Assembly: GCA_017499595.2 (NCBI GenBank) | Contig: CM039008.1 | Span: forward strand, 2,852,001-2,916,000 | DNA: 64,000 nt | Direction of reading: 5' to 3' | Origin: Psilocybe cubensis | Taxonomy: Eukaryota | Shown here: piece after piece, positions 51,735-63,682 of the stretch | Layout: each line of letters opens with the position of its first letter | How positions within the stretch are numbered: position 1 is the stretch's first letter | Notes under the pieces: model-generated | Seen by the model: only the letters and a program-made list of their open reading frames with translations | Database searches by the model: none | Told to the model about the DNA's origin: nothing | Program-made: the position numbers and the translations under genes

Positions 51735-53239
51735 ATGGAGAATCCTAGGATAGTATTGTATTCCGTGAGATATATAAACAAGCCCACCCAGTTGCACTTT
51801 CTGGACTGTATGTCCTCCTACAACTTTATTCCCACCTCTAGCAAAAATTCCCCCATTGACTACACCAGTCTCAACAATCTTACCAGGCTTCTCGAAAAAC
51901 TGAAGGAACCTCCTCCCGTAAAACCTATAAAATGTAAGACTAATTGCATTAATTCAAGTAAATTTAAATTGATTTCTGAGCATCAGCAATGTCTTCAAAT
52001 ATTAGCAACTCTAAGGAAAGCAAACGCACAGCAAGGACGGATGACCTGGCTCCGCCGCCAATGCCAGTCATTCCAGATAACCTGGCTCCACCCCCTATGC
52101 CTGTTATTCCAGCTAACCTGGCTCCTCCCCCTATGCCAGTCATTTCATCTAACCTGGCTCCGCCCCCTATGCCAGTCATCCGGAAAGACCTGGCTCCGCC
52201 GCCAATGCCAGTAATTCCAGCTAACCTGGCTCCACCCCCTATGCCAGTAATTCCAGCTAACCTGGCTCCACCCCCTATGCCTGTTATTCCAGCTAACCTG
52301 GCTCCGCCCCCTATGCCAGTCATCCGGAAAGACCTGGCTCCGCCGCCAATGCCAGTAATTCCAGCTAGCCTGGCTCCGCCCCCTATGCCAGTCATCCGGA
52401 AAGACCTGGCTCCGCCGCCAATGCCAGTAATTCCAGCTAGCCTGGCTCCACCCCCTATGCCAGTCATTCCAGCTAACCTGGCTCCGCCGCCAATGCCAGT
52501 CATCTGGAACGACACGGCTCCGCCGCCAATGCCTGTCATCCGGAACGACTTGGCTCCGCCGCCAATGCCAATCATTCCAAATAACCTAGCTCCTCCCCCT
52601 ATGCCTGTCATTCCACCTACCCTGGATCCTCCCCCTATGCCTGTTATTCCAGATACCCTGGATCCTCCACCTATGCCTGTCATCCGGGATGATGCGGCTC
52701 CGCCGTTGATGGCAGCACATGTTTCATACACGTCTGTCGTCGACAAAATCATTATGGACTCTCGTCCAGCTATTTCCTCTGAGAGGAAGCAAGGTCGCTA
52801 TTCTCCACCCCCTGAAGCATGCCACCTGCTCCTTCAAAACCCTTATTTTCGAACCTACGGCAGGTTTGATCCCATGGGCGGCTACCCCGGTTCGCCTCCC
52901 ACCCAGTCTGACATTGAGTTCGAGAATGTAACAGATCAGACGGCGTATTTTAACCCTCCTTTTCTATATGTATGTACTCAGATATTACCAAGCACTAGAT
53001 ACTGACAACTATTTTAGAATTATACCGAGCAGCAGCTACGGGCAACATACGACCAAATAATTGACAGTTCCGTCGGCGACAGTAGTTATGACGGAAAGGT
53101 TACAACGTTCAAGAACCTCCGGCTGCATCAGCTGCAGTCAGAGATTCTGACTTATAATGCGCTGGAGGAAATTGACGCTGGGCTGGCAGGGATTGAATCG
53201 AGTTTGGAAAAGCATTTGTATACCGGTAGAGATGAATAA
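51735..53239 (+). CDS. KDZ cargo protein with a 12-aa Pro-rich tandem repeat (3 exons)
   Basis: Exon 1 to 51935 splices in frame into ORF 51989. (LAPPPMPVIxxx) repeats. Intron ~52969-53017; last exon ends YTGRDE-TAA. The start could instead be 51810. Confidence 0.75.
52040..52710 (+). repeat. 36-bp coding minisatellite, 18 full units plus 1 partial
   Basis: Consensus unit approximately aacctggctccgccccctatgccagtcattccagct. Confidence 0.95.
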
Positions 53240-53332
53240 ATTATTTTTGGAGCCCTTGTGCTCATTGACTTGCAATACCCCATAAATAACCCTCCCTCTC
53301 TGGGAAGACACGGGTCAAATGGGTCCGTCTGA

Positions 53333-53636
53333 CAGCACAACACGGGTCAAAACGGATCCGTCTGCTTGCAATACACGGGATGTAGATGGACCCGTCCGGT
53401 TCATTTGCGGCCCGTGTTTTTCCCGTGCAGCCCGACACGCGGATCCCGCATGCCACCCGGCGGCTCCATTTAGTGCTAAATGGCACGTCATGTACGCTAT
53501 GATTTGCCAGGATAAATCACACGTACATCACGCTAATCTCCTAATTAGGTAGCGGGAGTAAATCCACCGTGTCTCACGTAATATCCTTATTATTAAATCT
53601 TAGGTAATGTACGTTATAAATAAACTGTCTTATGTG
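53333..53636 (-). repeat. KDZ right TIR (304 bp)
   Basis: Reverse complement of 37968-38271. Confidence 0.95.
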
Positions 53637-53780
53637 AGTGGAAGAAGAGTTTCTCAGTCTGGAAGATGAACAGGGGAAATCGGCTCAACGACCCGATGAC
53701 GAGAAAGGAATCTTTGAGGATAAAACAGAAATAAAGGAGTGAAAAGAATGGAAAGGGATGAAAAAACTTGTATTCCAACA
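53637..53780 (-). repeat. Copia 3' LTR, proximal part
   Basis: Matches 58838-58981 with one difference (aaaaaactt vs aaaagactt). Confidence 0.95.
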
Positions 53781-53790
53781 CACCCCCTCA
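53781..53790 (-). other. Copia polypurine tract
   Basis: TGAGGGGGTG on the minus strand, immediately before the 3' LTR. Confidence 0.85.
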
Positions 53791-56700
53791 ACGCATCGCC
53801 TGCTGAACCTTCTTGGGAGCAACCAGACCCAAGCGAGTAACGCCCTCAAGAAATTTGACGCGCTGAAGTGGTTTGGTGAGAATGTCGGCAGGGTTGTCTT
53901 TACCCGGAATGTGCAGAATGTTGAAGGTCTTGGCCTCAATGTGAGATCGAATGAAATGGTAACGAATGTCTATGTGTTTAGCTTTCGAATGAGAGGAATC
54001 GTTTTCGCACAGAGACTTTGCACCTTCATTATCGGTCGCGACGACGAGAGGATTTGGGCAGGTGATGTGTAAGTATGACAGTGAAGATCCCAGCCATAAA
54101 CCCTCTTGGACGGTACGCGTTAGCGCAATATATTCCGACTCTGTCGAGCTAGTAGATATGCATGTTTGCGTTTTAGAAGACCAGCTCAGAGGGCCCCCAG
54201 CAACCATCCAGACGAAACCTGAAACAGAAGCACGAGACTCCCTATTGCCAGCCCAGTCGGCGTCCAAGTATCCCTGTAGAGTCTGCGAGGAGGCGTCTCC
54301 ACCATAATGTAGGCAATAATCTTTTGTCCCGCTGAGATACCGCAGAACACGTTTAGCAGTAGCAAAGTGACGAGGGGAAGGGTTTGAAGCATGCTGAGAC
54401 AGTAGAAGAACAGCAATTGAGATGTCGGGGCAAGAATGTCTTTGCAAGAAGAGGAGGGATCCTATCAGCCGTTGGAAGGTGGCCTTTAGATCAGGTATAT
54501 CAGGGAAGGTGTCCGTGTCGCGTCCAAAAATGTTGTTGGCGTCAAGTGGGGTAGATACAGGGCTGCATTCTCTGAGACCATATTCATCGAGAATGTTTTT
54601 GATGTACGGCTGTTGATGGATCCATACTTCTTGAGTGCTCAAGTTCCTCTCGTATTGCACTCCCAGGTATGAACGTAAAGGTCCCAGGTCCTTGATACCA
54701 AAACGTTGATTGACTGCCAATTTCGCATGGTCGAGGAACGATTTGGAATTGGATGCCCCAAGTCCGTCGTCTACGTGGATGCACAACCAGCATTGGACGT
54801 CTTCGCCGTTCCAGATTCCCTCGAATATGAAGGTGGCATGGTCCTTTTCTGAGCGTTTAAAACCTATGTCTTGCAGGGTTGAGCGGATTAATATGTACCA
54901 GACGCTGCTTGCCTGTTTTAACCCATAGAGTGATTTTTTCAACCTCCAAACACCCTTTGTAAAAGGCGACGAGTAGCCAGGGGGGCATCTCATGTGAATG
55001 ACCTCTGTCAAGTCGCCCCAGAGGAAGGCTCTCGTGGCGTCAAAGCACTCAATGTGCCAACCTTTCAGGACCGCATGAACAACAATTGCTCGAATGCTGA
55101 CGGATTTGGACACGGGCGCGAAGGTCTCATGATAATCTATGAGGTATTTCTGAGAAAATCCTTGAGCAACTAGCCTGGCCTTGTATACAAGTTGTCCCTG
55201 ATCGTCCATCTTGAACTCAAAGACCCATCGACATCCTATGCAGTGCATGCCATCTTGAAGCTCCTCGTCTGTGTAGACACCCATCGAGTTGAGCATGTGC
55301 AATTCTTTCTTGATGACCTTTCACCACTGATCGGCGTCGGGGTGCAGCATGGCCTCCTGATAGTTGGCAGGTGGTATTTTGAGATCATAGTTGGGAGAGA
55401 GAGGATTCCGTTTGCGATCGCTCCTGACTGAGAGCAGAATGGCCTCGAAAAATGCGTCTTTGTCTCGTGAGAGATAGTCTTCAACGTCGAGCGAAATGAG
55501 AGAGGTGTCGATGACTTGAGAGGGAGAAGGTTCTAACGTTCCAACGGAGCAAAGTGAAATGAATGGGTTTTCAACGTCACCCCCTTGCTCGTTGGAAGGC
55601 TGTATACTCAACAAACGTTCAGCACTCGTTGCCCGTTGCGAAGCAATGATTGATTCACTTTTTGCTTTTTCAGCCTCGCGCAGTTGAGAGTATAGGATAC
55701 CTCTCGAGGATGGATGACGTTCGCAAGAGGATGATCGAGGTGGAGGAAGTACACGTTGAGGAATGGGGGTAGAAGGAGGAGGAAGAGGATTAGATGTTAA
55801 AGGAGTGGAGGGCACAACCTGAATATCTACAGAAGATGAAGAGGAAGAGGAAGAGAGGTTAGAAGAAGTGGAAGGTTTAAGAAGTTGTGGAGAATCTAAA
55901 TCGGAAGGCGAAACTACAAGATTTGGAACAGCTGAAGCGGGGGCAGAAGGAGAAGTGGACGAAGAAGAAAATACATCTGGTTGAAAAGGCAAAGAGGAAT
56001 AGTCTATGGGAGCAGAATTGTAATTACCAGAAACAAGCGAAGGTACATTTTCATCAAACATAGCATTTGAGGAATCAAAAAAGTGTCCGGATTCAAGATG
56101 TCGAAAACGATAGCCTTTCCCACCAGGTGGATATCCCATAAATCTGCATTGTACAGATTTAGCCCCAAGCTTTAGTTGCTACTCCTCTGGAACATGAACA
56201 AATGCTCGACAGCCCCATACGCGAAGATGCAAGAGATTCGGTGGACGATGATACATATTTTCAAAAGGTGTGATGCCATCTTCATCTGTGCTGGTAATGT
56301 TGAGCAAGTAGGATGCCGTAAGTGCCGCCTCGCCCCAGTAAGTCATGGAAAGTTGCACGGTGGTCATCATGGCAAGCATCCTGCCTTGAATTGTTCGCAT
56401 GAAACGTTCGATTTCTCCGTTCATCCAATGTTCACGCGCCGGAGTAACCTCCTGTTCAATTCCAACCTCCAACAGGTAAGCAGAGAAAACCCCCTTCCAC
56501 TCAGGCCCTCCGTCGCAGCGAAATCGTTTGATTTTGAAGCCGGTGCGGGTTTCCCAGCGAGCCTTGACGATCTTGAACGCTTCCAACATAGTCTCAGAGG
56601 TTTTGTCAGCGGTGAGTTGAACGTTGTTGATCTTCATTCCTGAGCATTGAAAGGCTACGAAAAACTCTTTGTGGTGTGGGGTCTGAACTGGGAAAGGTCC

Positions 56701-58452
56701 ACAGGTGTCTGCAACAACGAGTTCTAGAGGTTGATAGGCGCGCTGACCAAGAGAACTTGGCGGATGCGGGGTAGCGGTATGTTTAGCGATTATGCATGCT
56801 TCACATTTGATATTATCGTCTTTTGCTTCCGCTTTCAGGATTCTCTTGACCAGCATCCGTGTCGCCTGCTCACCAGGATGACCCAATCGGAGGTGATATA
56901 GTTGCACCGTCTCAGGGACTTTAACAAACATTACCCGTTCGACGGTGGAAGAGTTGATGCCTGGCACGAAGACGGATTTGTCCATGGCAAATAGGCCGTG
57001 AACTAATGAGGCGGAAGCAAATGGAATACCCTGTTTGGAAAGATGTATTCCTTTTCCAGGGTCGAAATTGCAACCGATGCCTGCAATGAACAGTCGGCTA
57101 ACTGAAAGGAGATTTACAGCGGCAGTTGGGGCATGTAGACAATTGTTAAGTTTGACTCTCAATGTTCTCCCTTGGTAAGTGACATTCATTATGCAAGTGC
57201 CTCCTCCTTGGGTTCTGAGAGTTCCGAGGTTGGCGGTGGTAACATTTCTGGCTTCTCCTTCGGAATATGTGTGGAATGAGGAGCGAGATTTTATGATATG
57301 AGAAGTGGCTCCTGAATCGAGGAGAATCGATGTCGACAGAAAAGATCTCACGTTGATGGATGCTGCAAGCGGCCCGAGCTCTTCGTCTCCAAGTTCCTCA
57401 ATGAGTGCACAAGAAATTTCTCCCGTCTCGAGGGTATTGGAATCGACTGCTAGTGAAGCAGTCTCCGCTGCCTTTTTCGCCGCTACCGCTGCGCGATACG
57501 CAGGGCCCTGACCCTCCATGCCACCTCCTTTCGCCCAACAGTGCTCCTTGTCATGAGACCGATTTTTGCAGTTCGTGCATTGAACTCCATTCGGATTGTT
57601 GACATGTTTCGCGATAGGTCGGTTGTCGTTGGAAAAATTTGAGTATTCCGACCCGGGAGGATTGCGTCGAGAGCCTGCCTCGGCTTCTAAGCGTTGACAT
57701 TCAATTGTCAACCGGGAAGTGATTCGTTCTAGTGCAGTATTCGGCGCTGATGGTGCCCTTCCTTCATCTGTCGCAGCTTTATCCCTATCAAGGGTATCTT
57801 GGTACAGTTGTATCATCAACTGTTTGAAGTTTGGCCATACACCTGATGAAGGCAGGCCTCGAATGATGTGATGAATCACGTCGCCTTCTGGGTAATCTAC
57901 CCCCATATCCTTGAGACGCTCCCTGCCAGTTCGGAATTCACCCAGATACTTCTCAATTTCCGTATAGTCCTTGAGTTTGATCGAGGCCAGTCTTTCCTTG
58001 ATAGCAAATTGCGCGTTTATGTCGACGCGTGCGTACCTGGTCATGAGTTGACTCCAGACCATGCGTGCTGTGATGTCTTCGCCCGCATTGAGATTGGATT
58101 TGACTAGTGCAGACACTTTCCTCGTAATCAGTGTTTTCGCACTGTCGTCGTCGCTCCACCATTTCCGGTAAGCTGCTATGACATTGTCGGACGCGTCTTT
58201 GGCAGGTTCTGCAGGTTTGGCTGATATCGGATATCTTGCAGTTCTACTGGTTGAACCCTCAATGTGTCCATATACACCGCAGTCCTTCAGAATGTTACGC
58301 ATATCGTCTCTCCACACTATGAAGTTTGAAGTCCCTTCAAGATTGACGATGTGATCGACTTTCGCATTTGCAGGTGTGATTTTCGTATTCATCGTGAAAT
58401 TGTTTATGGTGGTATGGGCATTGCTGGGATTTTCCCCTGACGTAGCCGACAT
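53788..58452 (-). pseudogene. Copia gag-pol polyprotein in a single frame with two in-frame stops (56179-56181 and 55321-55323)
   Basis: Zn knuckle CTNC..H..C; protease LDSGATSH; integrase HLRLGH..CEAC, DTCGP, FRCDGG, NGEIER; RT YKARLVAQGF, LYGLKQ, HVDD; RNase H DADWA..TESEY..DNEGA..NPADILTK. The three ORFs share one frame. Confidence 0.95.
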
Positions 58453-58573
58453 CTTGATATGCTATTTGTTGAGAGAAAGATATAGAGAGATGCTGAAGGG
58501 ATTATCGTCCCTTGGAAAATATGTGAGCCTTTAAGCTGAGTTCTTTTCGTCTTCGTCTGATTCAGGCGCTTTC

Positions 58574-58586
58574 GGGGCCCATAACC
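58574..58586 (-). other. Copia primer-binding site
   Basis: GGTTATGGGCCCC directly after the 5' LTR; the initiator tRNA-Met fragment-type PBS known from copia elements. Confidence 0.85.
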
Positions 58587-58981
58587 TGAAGGAAACTGAA
58601 CACAAAATGAGTCTCAACTCAGCTGAAGGAATCAAAGGCTTATATATTGACCTGAACACGAAATGAGTCTCAACTATAAACTAGGTCAGCTACTTTCTAC
58701 GAGTAACAGAATAAGAATGTACCTCAGCTGAAGGAATCAAAGGCTGAGGTACCGAGGCAGAAAGTAGCGAGTATAAGTGAAAAATTCGTAGCTGAAGAAG
58801 TTGATCATGGTCAAGGGAAGGTGATGCGTTGTACTAAAGTGGAAGAAGAGTTTCTCAGTCTGGAAGATGAACAGGGGAAATCGGCTCAACGACCCGATGA
58901 CGAGAAAGGAATCTTTGAGGATAAAACAGAAATAAAGGAGTGAAAAGAATGGAAAGGGATGAAAAGACTTGTATTCCAACA
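58587..58981 (-). repeat. Copia 5' LTR (395 bp, intact)
   Basis: TG..CA ends; two internal direct-repeat pairs (ctgaacacraaatgagtctcaact and ctcagctgaaggaatcaaaggct). Confidence 0.96.
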
Positions 58982-60029
58982 GCGGGGAAGTTTGAATGGA
59001 TAGATGGTGGATGTGAGATAAGAAGAGCCAGGGGACTTGGGTCCCATTTAAAAGTCGTTGCAGACGCGTGACTGTCACATTTGAGGCAATATCAGCAAAA
59101 ATGTAAAATATATGCGCATCGAATGCACGTATATGCGCATTTACTCACAGTTCAAGTCAACAAGAACGTCTGTATGATCTAATTCCGTAGTTGTTAGAAA
59201 GAGACGAGCCAAATAGACGTGATGCTCACGGACCCCATATTATGTGCCATACCCCTTGCTAGCGATAACATACACACGCATTCATCGACGTGAGCGAACG
59301 TAGAGTTTCACGGAAACAAACACTTCAGTGGGGAATGAAGTATACGGAGCAAGTTTAAGACGCCCAAAGACCATCTGGAACGCTCCCATGTACTTGACAA
59401 GGCCACAAACGAACTCCGAGACTTATGGGTCGCCATGCAGCCGTTGCTCTGTTCCCGTACATGGACATCCATGGCGTGGGCGTCGAAGACTGCGTCGTGG
59501 TTCATAGTCATTAGTTCACTAGTTCACAGTTGTCTTAGAAACCTCAGGACGGAGCGACGGGGTATTGGACAGACCTGGTCTGACGCGGACAGAGGCAACT
59601 CAGACAACCACATCGAGTATGATATATTGATTTACCTCAACCACCTTACCCATCCGACATAAGGGTGTACTTCGCCCAGGGGGACAGACTTGTTACTGTG
59701 GTTCAACGGGCGAAGAACACGCCAACCGCCGCCGCGAGATTCCCATTGTCCTCCAAAGCTACATTCGTCCACGGTCTAGTTTACTCGTTGTTTTTGTGGA
59801 TGTTGGAGGCAGTGGTGAGGGGAAGATTGAAAGGGTGATATTCACAATTTTGGGAAGCGCTCAGGAAAGGCTCGGGGTATTCTTCTCCGATACATACTGG
59901 AACTTCGTAATGCAAAGGCGGTCAGAAAGTGATTTCGGATGTGAATTGTGGAAGAGAGACCTACGAAGTGGCATTTGCACCCCGAGGAACGGGTGAAGCC
60001 CATGAACATAAGCACCCGCATGAGCAGTA

Positions 60030-60630
60030 CCCGATGGTACAAGCAGCATTGTTAGGACATGGAGATATACCAGCCTATGGTCCGATCTATCCAAAAAAAA
60101 ATATCAACGAAAGAAAGGTAAATAACAAAAAAAGACACGCACTTCCTGGTGAATCTGAAACGCCTTTCACGAGCGGAACCGCAAGCTGTTGGATAAGAAC
60201 GATGTAACTACATGCGTGTGCGCTATCTGGGTGTACAGTGGGTGCCCAGAGTGCCTGCGCGCCGCGGCCGAGAGTCTCCTTGCTAACAATACCAACTCCC
60301 TTCAACGCTCTCAACACACAAACGGTCCCATTTATCTTTCCACCCCCTGCTTCATCGACACCCATACTCCCCTCACCTATCTCAACCCTCGGCAACAGCA
60401 CCGTCACCCAAAACAAACCACGCTCTAACATCAAGCGTCATCTCCCTGCGCACCACAATCCGTCACAGTGCCAGGATCTTTGAAGACTCTTGTTTTATAA
60501 GTATCTCCTCCAAGAGCACTTGGAATCAGGCTTGCACGCGCGAAAGGATGATAGCGAAGCTTCAGGAAGACGCTGCGCCGCTGAGGCCGAGTTGATCTTG
60601 CGCTCGTGCTCGTTGCCGAATGCCATGATC
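60030..60630 (-). pseudogene. Decayed duplicate of HECT gene exon 1, intron 1 and the start of exon 2
   Basis: AFGNEHERKIN vs AFGDEHKRKIN; QALWAP..IVLIQQLAV..SDSP vs QALWAP..IVLIRQLAV..ADSP; ag|atcggaccata..tatctcca..atgctgcttg vs HECT exon 2. Frameshifted. Confidence 0.85.
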
Positions 60631-61421
60631 TACTGTTTGTGTTAGATTAGTCACTTGTAAGTGTATAATTGTTGTAGTTGACCTAATAAAAAATGATACA
60701 GTGCGCTTTTTGGTCCCTGTGGTTTGTCCGCCGATATACTCCGTTATGGATTGTAGGAGTATCCAGTGTGGACTCTAAAACGAAGTATATTTCCAAAAGA
60801 CGGAGAGAAAGTCAAAGGGAGAAAAGTAATCGATGATATGACATAGCCAGCGACAACGATGAAGAACAAAAACGAAGGGAAGAAGGATGGGAAGGCAAGG
60901 CAAGCGCGCAAAGGTTGGGTTGACTTCGTAAAGCGGGTTTTCCATCACGTGCACAGCTTTATCTAATCTTATCTCTACCCCTAAATCCTACCTTTATTCG
61001 TGGCACTACTGTAGAAGGGCCTACGCCGTCGCCAATGCGCTGATCAAGGAAGGGAGGAGGAGAAGAAGATTCTGTAATTTCTCCGATTACCTATCATATA
61101 CATCGTACTAAAGTGAAACCATTCACAGCTAGGCATGATACCAGGCAGTGCAAAATTGAATGTCCAATCCAGCCGACTATATTATGCAAAACAAAGACCC
61201 CTATGCAGTTCAGTGTAACGCCTGCCATCTACTCAATGAGAATGGAAGTAAAGTTCGGAGCATGCACCCGGTCTTAAGGGTCCATAGATGCGGGCCAGGC
61301 ATTGTCAGCTGGACACAATTGAACCGGTGTGGTTAGACTGACCGGAGGAATTCGACAAATACCACTCAAAACAATTGAATTTCTTCATAAATCTACCAAC
61401 ATCAGCTTCAAATCTGACCCA

Positions 61422-63682
61422 TTACTGTAGTTGACCGCCAAAACCATCTCTGAGTGATTTGTACGATTTTTCAATGATGGATGCTTTCCTTGTGCTGCGT
61501 GGCGTAATTTTGCATTGGAATGGTTTTGCACTCAACGTAATACCCTGTTTATTGTTCACATGAACTAACTCGTGAGCACTTCTTATCAAAGTGGACACTC
61601 ACGTCAACAAATTCATTCTCAATATCCCATTTTGGCGTCGAAGGGGCGGTACTATCAATAGAAGCGAAGTCGAATGCCCAGAGAAGACGCATGACAGCCA
61701 GATTCTAAAGTAAAAAGAGTTTGAAGGTCAAAATAGCAAGTAGTCGAGCGTATGATTTACAATGTTGGTATTAGCAAGGTGCATTCCAGGACATAACCTC
61801 TTGACACAACTTGTTAATATAGAAAACGCTATTGTTATTGCGATTAAACTGACCTTTCCACTTCCGAAGGGCAGTGTTGTACGAGTGTAACCCGTACCAT
61901 CGGGTAGTCCCGACATAGTACCATCTGGCGATAGCAGATACCTCTCAGGCCAGAATGCCTCAGGTCGTTCATAGAGCTCTAAGTCACGATCTCGTCAGTA
62001 CAAACTGAAAGGCATAACAAGAAGGTTAAAGTGTACTTGGATCCCGACATATCCCAACTGGATGACAGTTACATTAAGTTAACATTGGCGATATAACTCA
62101 GTACCAAGCACTATGACTCACAGACATTGATGAGAATGGGTGTTTTTCTGGGGATGATATATCCTCGATACTATTCAGATGATTGTGAGCACGATGTGTC
62201 GTGGTAATAGAGAAAAGGGTCAGGATATCACCTCCGAGTCATCAACAGAAGCGTGCGGGATGGAAGTCGGCGCAGTGGGCAGGAAGCGATGAGTCTGATA
62301 GTGACAAAGGTGAATTCAACGGAGTTCAGATACATTCCAAGTAAGTAACGCACCTCTTTGATGATGGCTTGAACATAGGGCATGGATTTTATATCGTTGG
62401 AATCTGGAAGTCTGTCTCCAACGGCATTATCCACCTCAGCTTGGGCTTTCTTTAATACCGCTGGGTATTTTACCAGACATAGAATGAGATTCTGCAAAAA
62501 TGAGGCAGTAGTCTCTGCCCCTCCATCTAAAAGGACCCCGCAGATGTACCTGTGCACAATGAAATGAAACAAAGTTGGGCACAGACAAATGATTGAACTT
62601 GTTCGGACATACACAATGGTATCACGTTCCAGTGCTAGATCTTCTTGCTGTTCCAACATCTTCGCAGCGAAGCACTCGTCGATCATTCCCGCTCTCTTCC
62701 GCCTCTCAACCTCGCGAAATAGTTTGAAATAAAGAGAACACTGCATAGCTTGTATCTTCTTCCACATTTTCTTCCAGGGAGCCCATCGTTCCGGTACGTA
62801 CATGAGAGCAGGAATAAAATTGACCGGCACTGATTCGGGAGAGAATACTCTGAAAATTTGCTCGATATACTCCCTAAAGGCAATCACAATAGGGGAGTCG
62901 TGTTCTGAGGTGCGCTGCCCAAAGACAATGGTCGTAATAAACGAGAGCATTGAGCGAGTGATATGGTTGTAGAGGGCCTAGTAACTTGGTTAAGAAAGTA
63001 TAGAAATAGATATCATTATTCATGCGTACCTCGGGTTCATGCAAGATGTCGTACAACAACTGTGTTGTTTCCATGTCTGCAAGAGGACAATACTTCTGCA
63101 CGGCTTGAGGGGATACCAGAGGTTGAATAACCTTTCGGGTTATCTTCCAGAAGTGGCTCTCTATTTTATTTACAGTATTCAAGATGAATGCGGCCGGAAT
63201 CCGGAAAGAAACTCACCAGCAGGGGATGCTACAATGTAACGACCACCTGTTACTGCATCCATACCCAGAAATACAGGGCGGGAGGCAAACTCGGCGCTGC
63301 GGTCATCCAAGAGCTCCTTGACTGTCTTCATATCGGAAACTACAACGATTGCTCCATTCAGGACTTTGAGCTTTGAACAGTAGATATGATTAATATCCCG
63401 TAGAGGTCATTCAACACGAACCGACGTACTGAGAAGATGCCGTCATAGTGTGTACCCCACTCTGCCAATCTGAGTGCGCATCAGAACAACTCCAGACAGA
63501 GGTCAAGAAACCTATACATGCTTGATATAGGGAAACTTTGTGGGAAGCAGGTGGGCGTTTCCCAGGATCGGAACTGTTGGTGGACCAGGAGGGAGTGTAT
63601 CCTCTCGACGACCGAAGCGTAGGACTTTGAAGAACAGCCAAGAAACTCCACAAAATACAGCAATAGTGACAATATCTGACAT
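61422..63682 (-). CDS. Cytochrome P450 monooxygenase (multi-exon)
   Basis: N-terminal anchor, [13 protein letters not shown]-helix DGGAETT, QAIIKE..R, FWPERYL, heme motif [16 protein letters not shown]; ends GGQLQ-TAA. The first intron needs a GC donor. Confidence 0.93.

Larger units (their letters stand above)
37968..53636. mobile_element. KDZ (Kyakuja-Dileera-Zisupton) DNA transposon, 15,669 bp, carrying TET/JBP and five other genes
   Basis: 304-bp TIRs starting CACATAAGACAG. 7-bp TSD AGTGGAA (37961-37967 and 53637-53643), which is single in the intact 5' LTR. CxC2 + KDZ transposase inside. Confidence 0.96.
37710..58981 (-). mobile_element. Full-length Ty1/copia LTR retrotransposon (3' LTR interrupted by the KDZ element)
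   Basis: TG..CA LTRs of 395 bp; TSD GCGGG at 37705-37709 and 58982-58986; PBS, PPT and gag-PR-IN-RT-RH domain order. Confidence 0.96.

Noticed and set aside
52040-52710. 36-bp repeats resembling a CRISPR array
   Set aside because: Head-to-tail coding repeats with no unique spacers and no cas genes; eukaryotic context.
51964-52752. Minus-strand (TGIGGGAR)n ORF
   Set aside because: Antisense of the Pro-repeat gene, which has in-frame splice sites on the plus strand.
61422-63682. P450 as part of a secondary-metabolite cluster
   Set aside because: No backbone or tailoring genes within this window; sequence beyond 64 kb is not visible.
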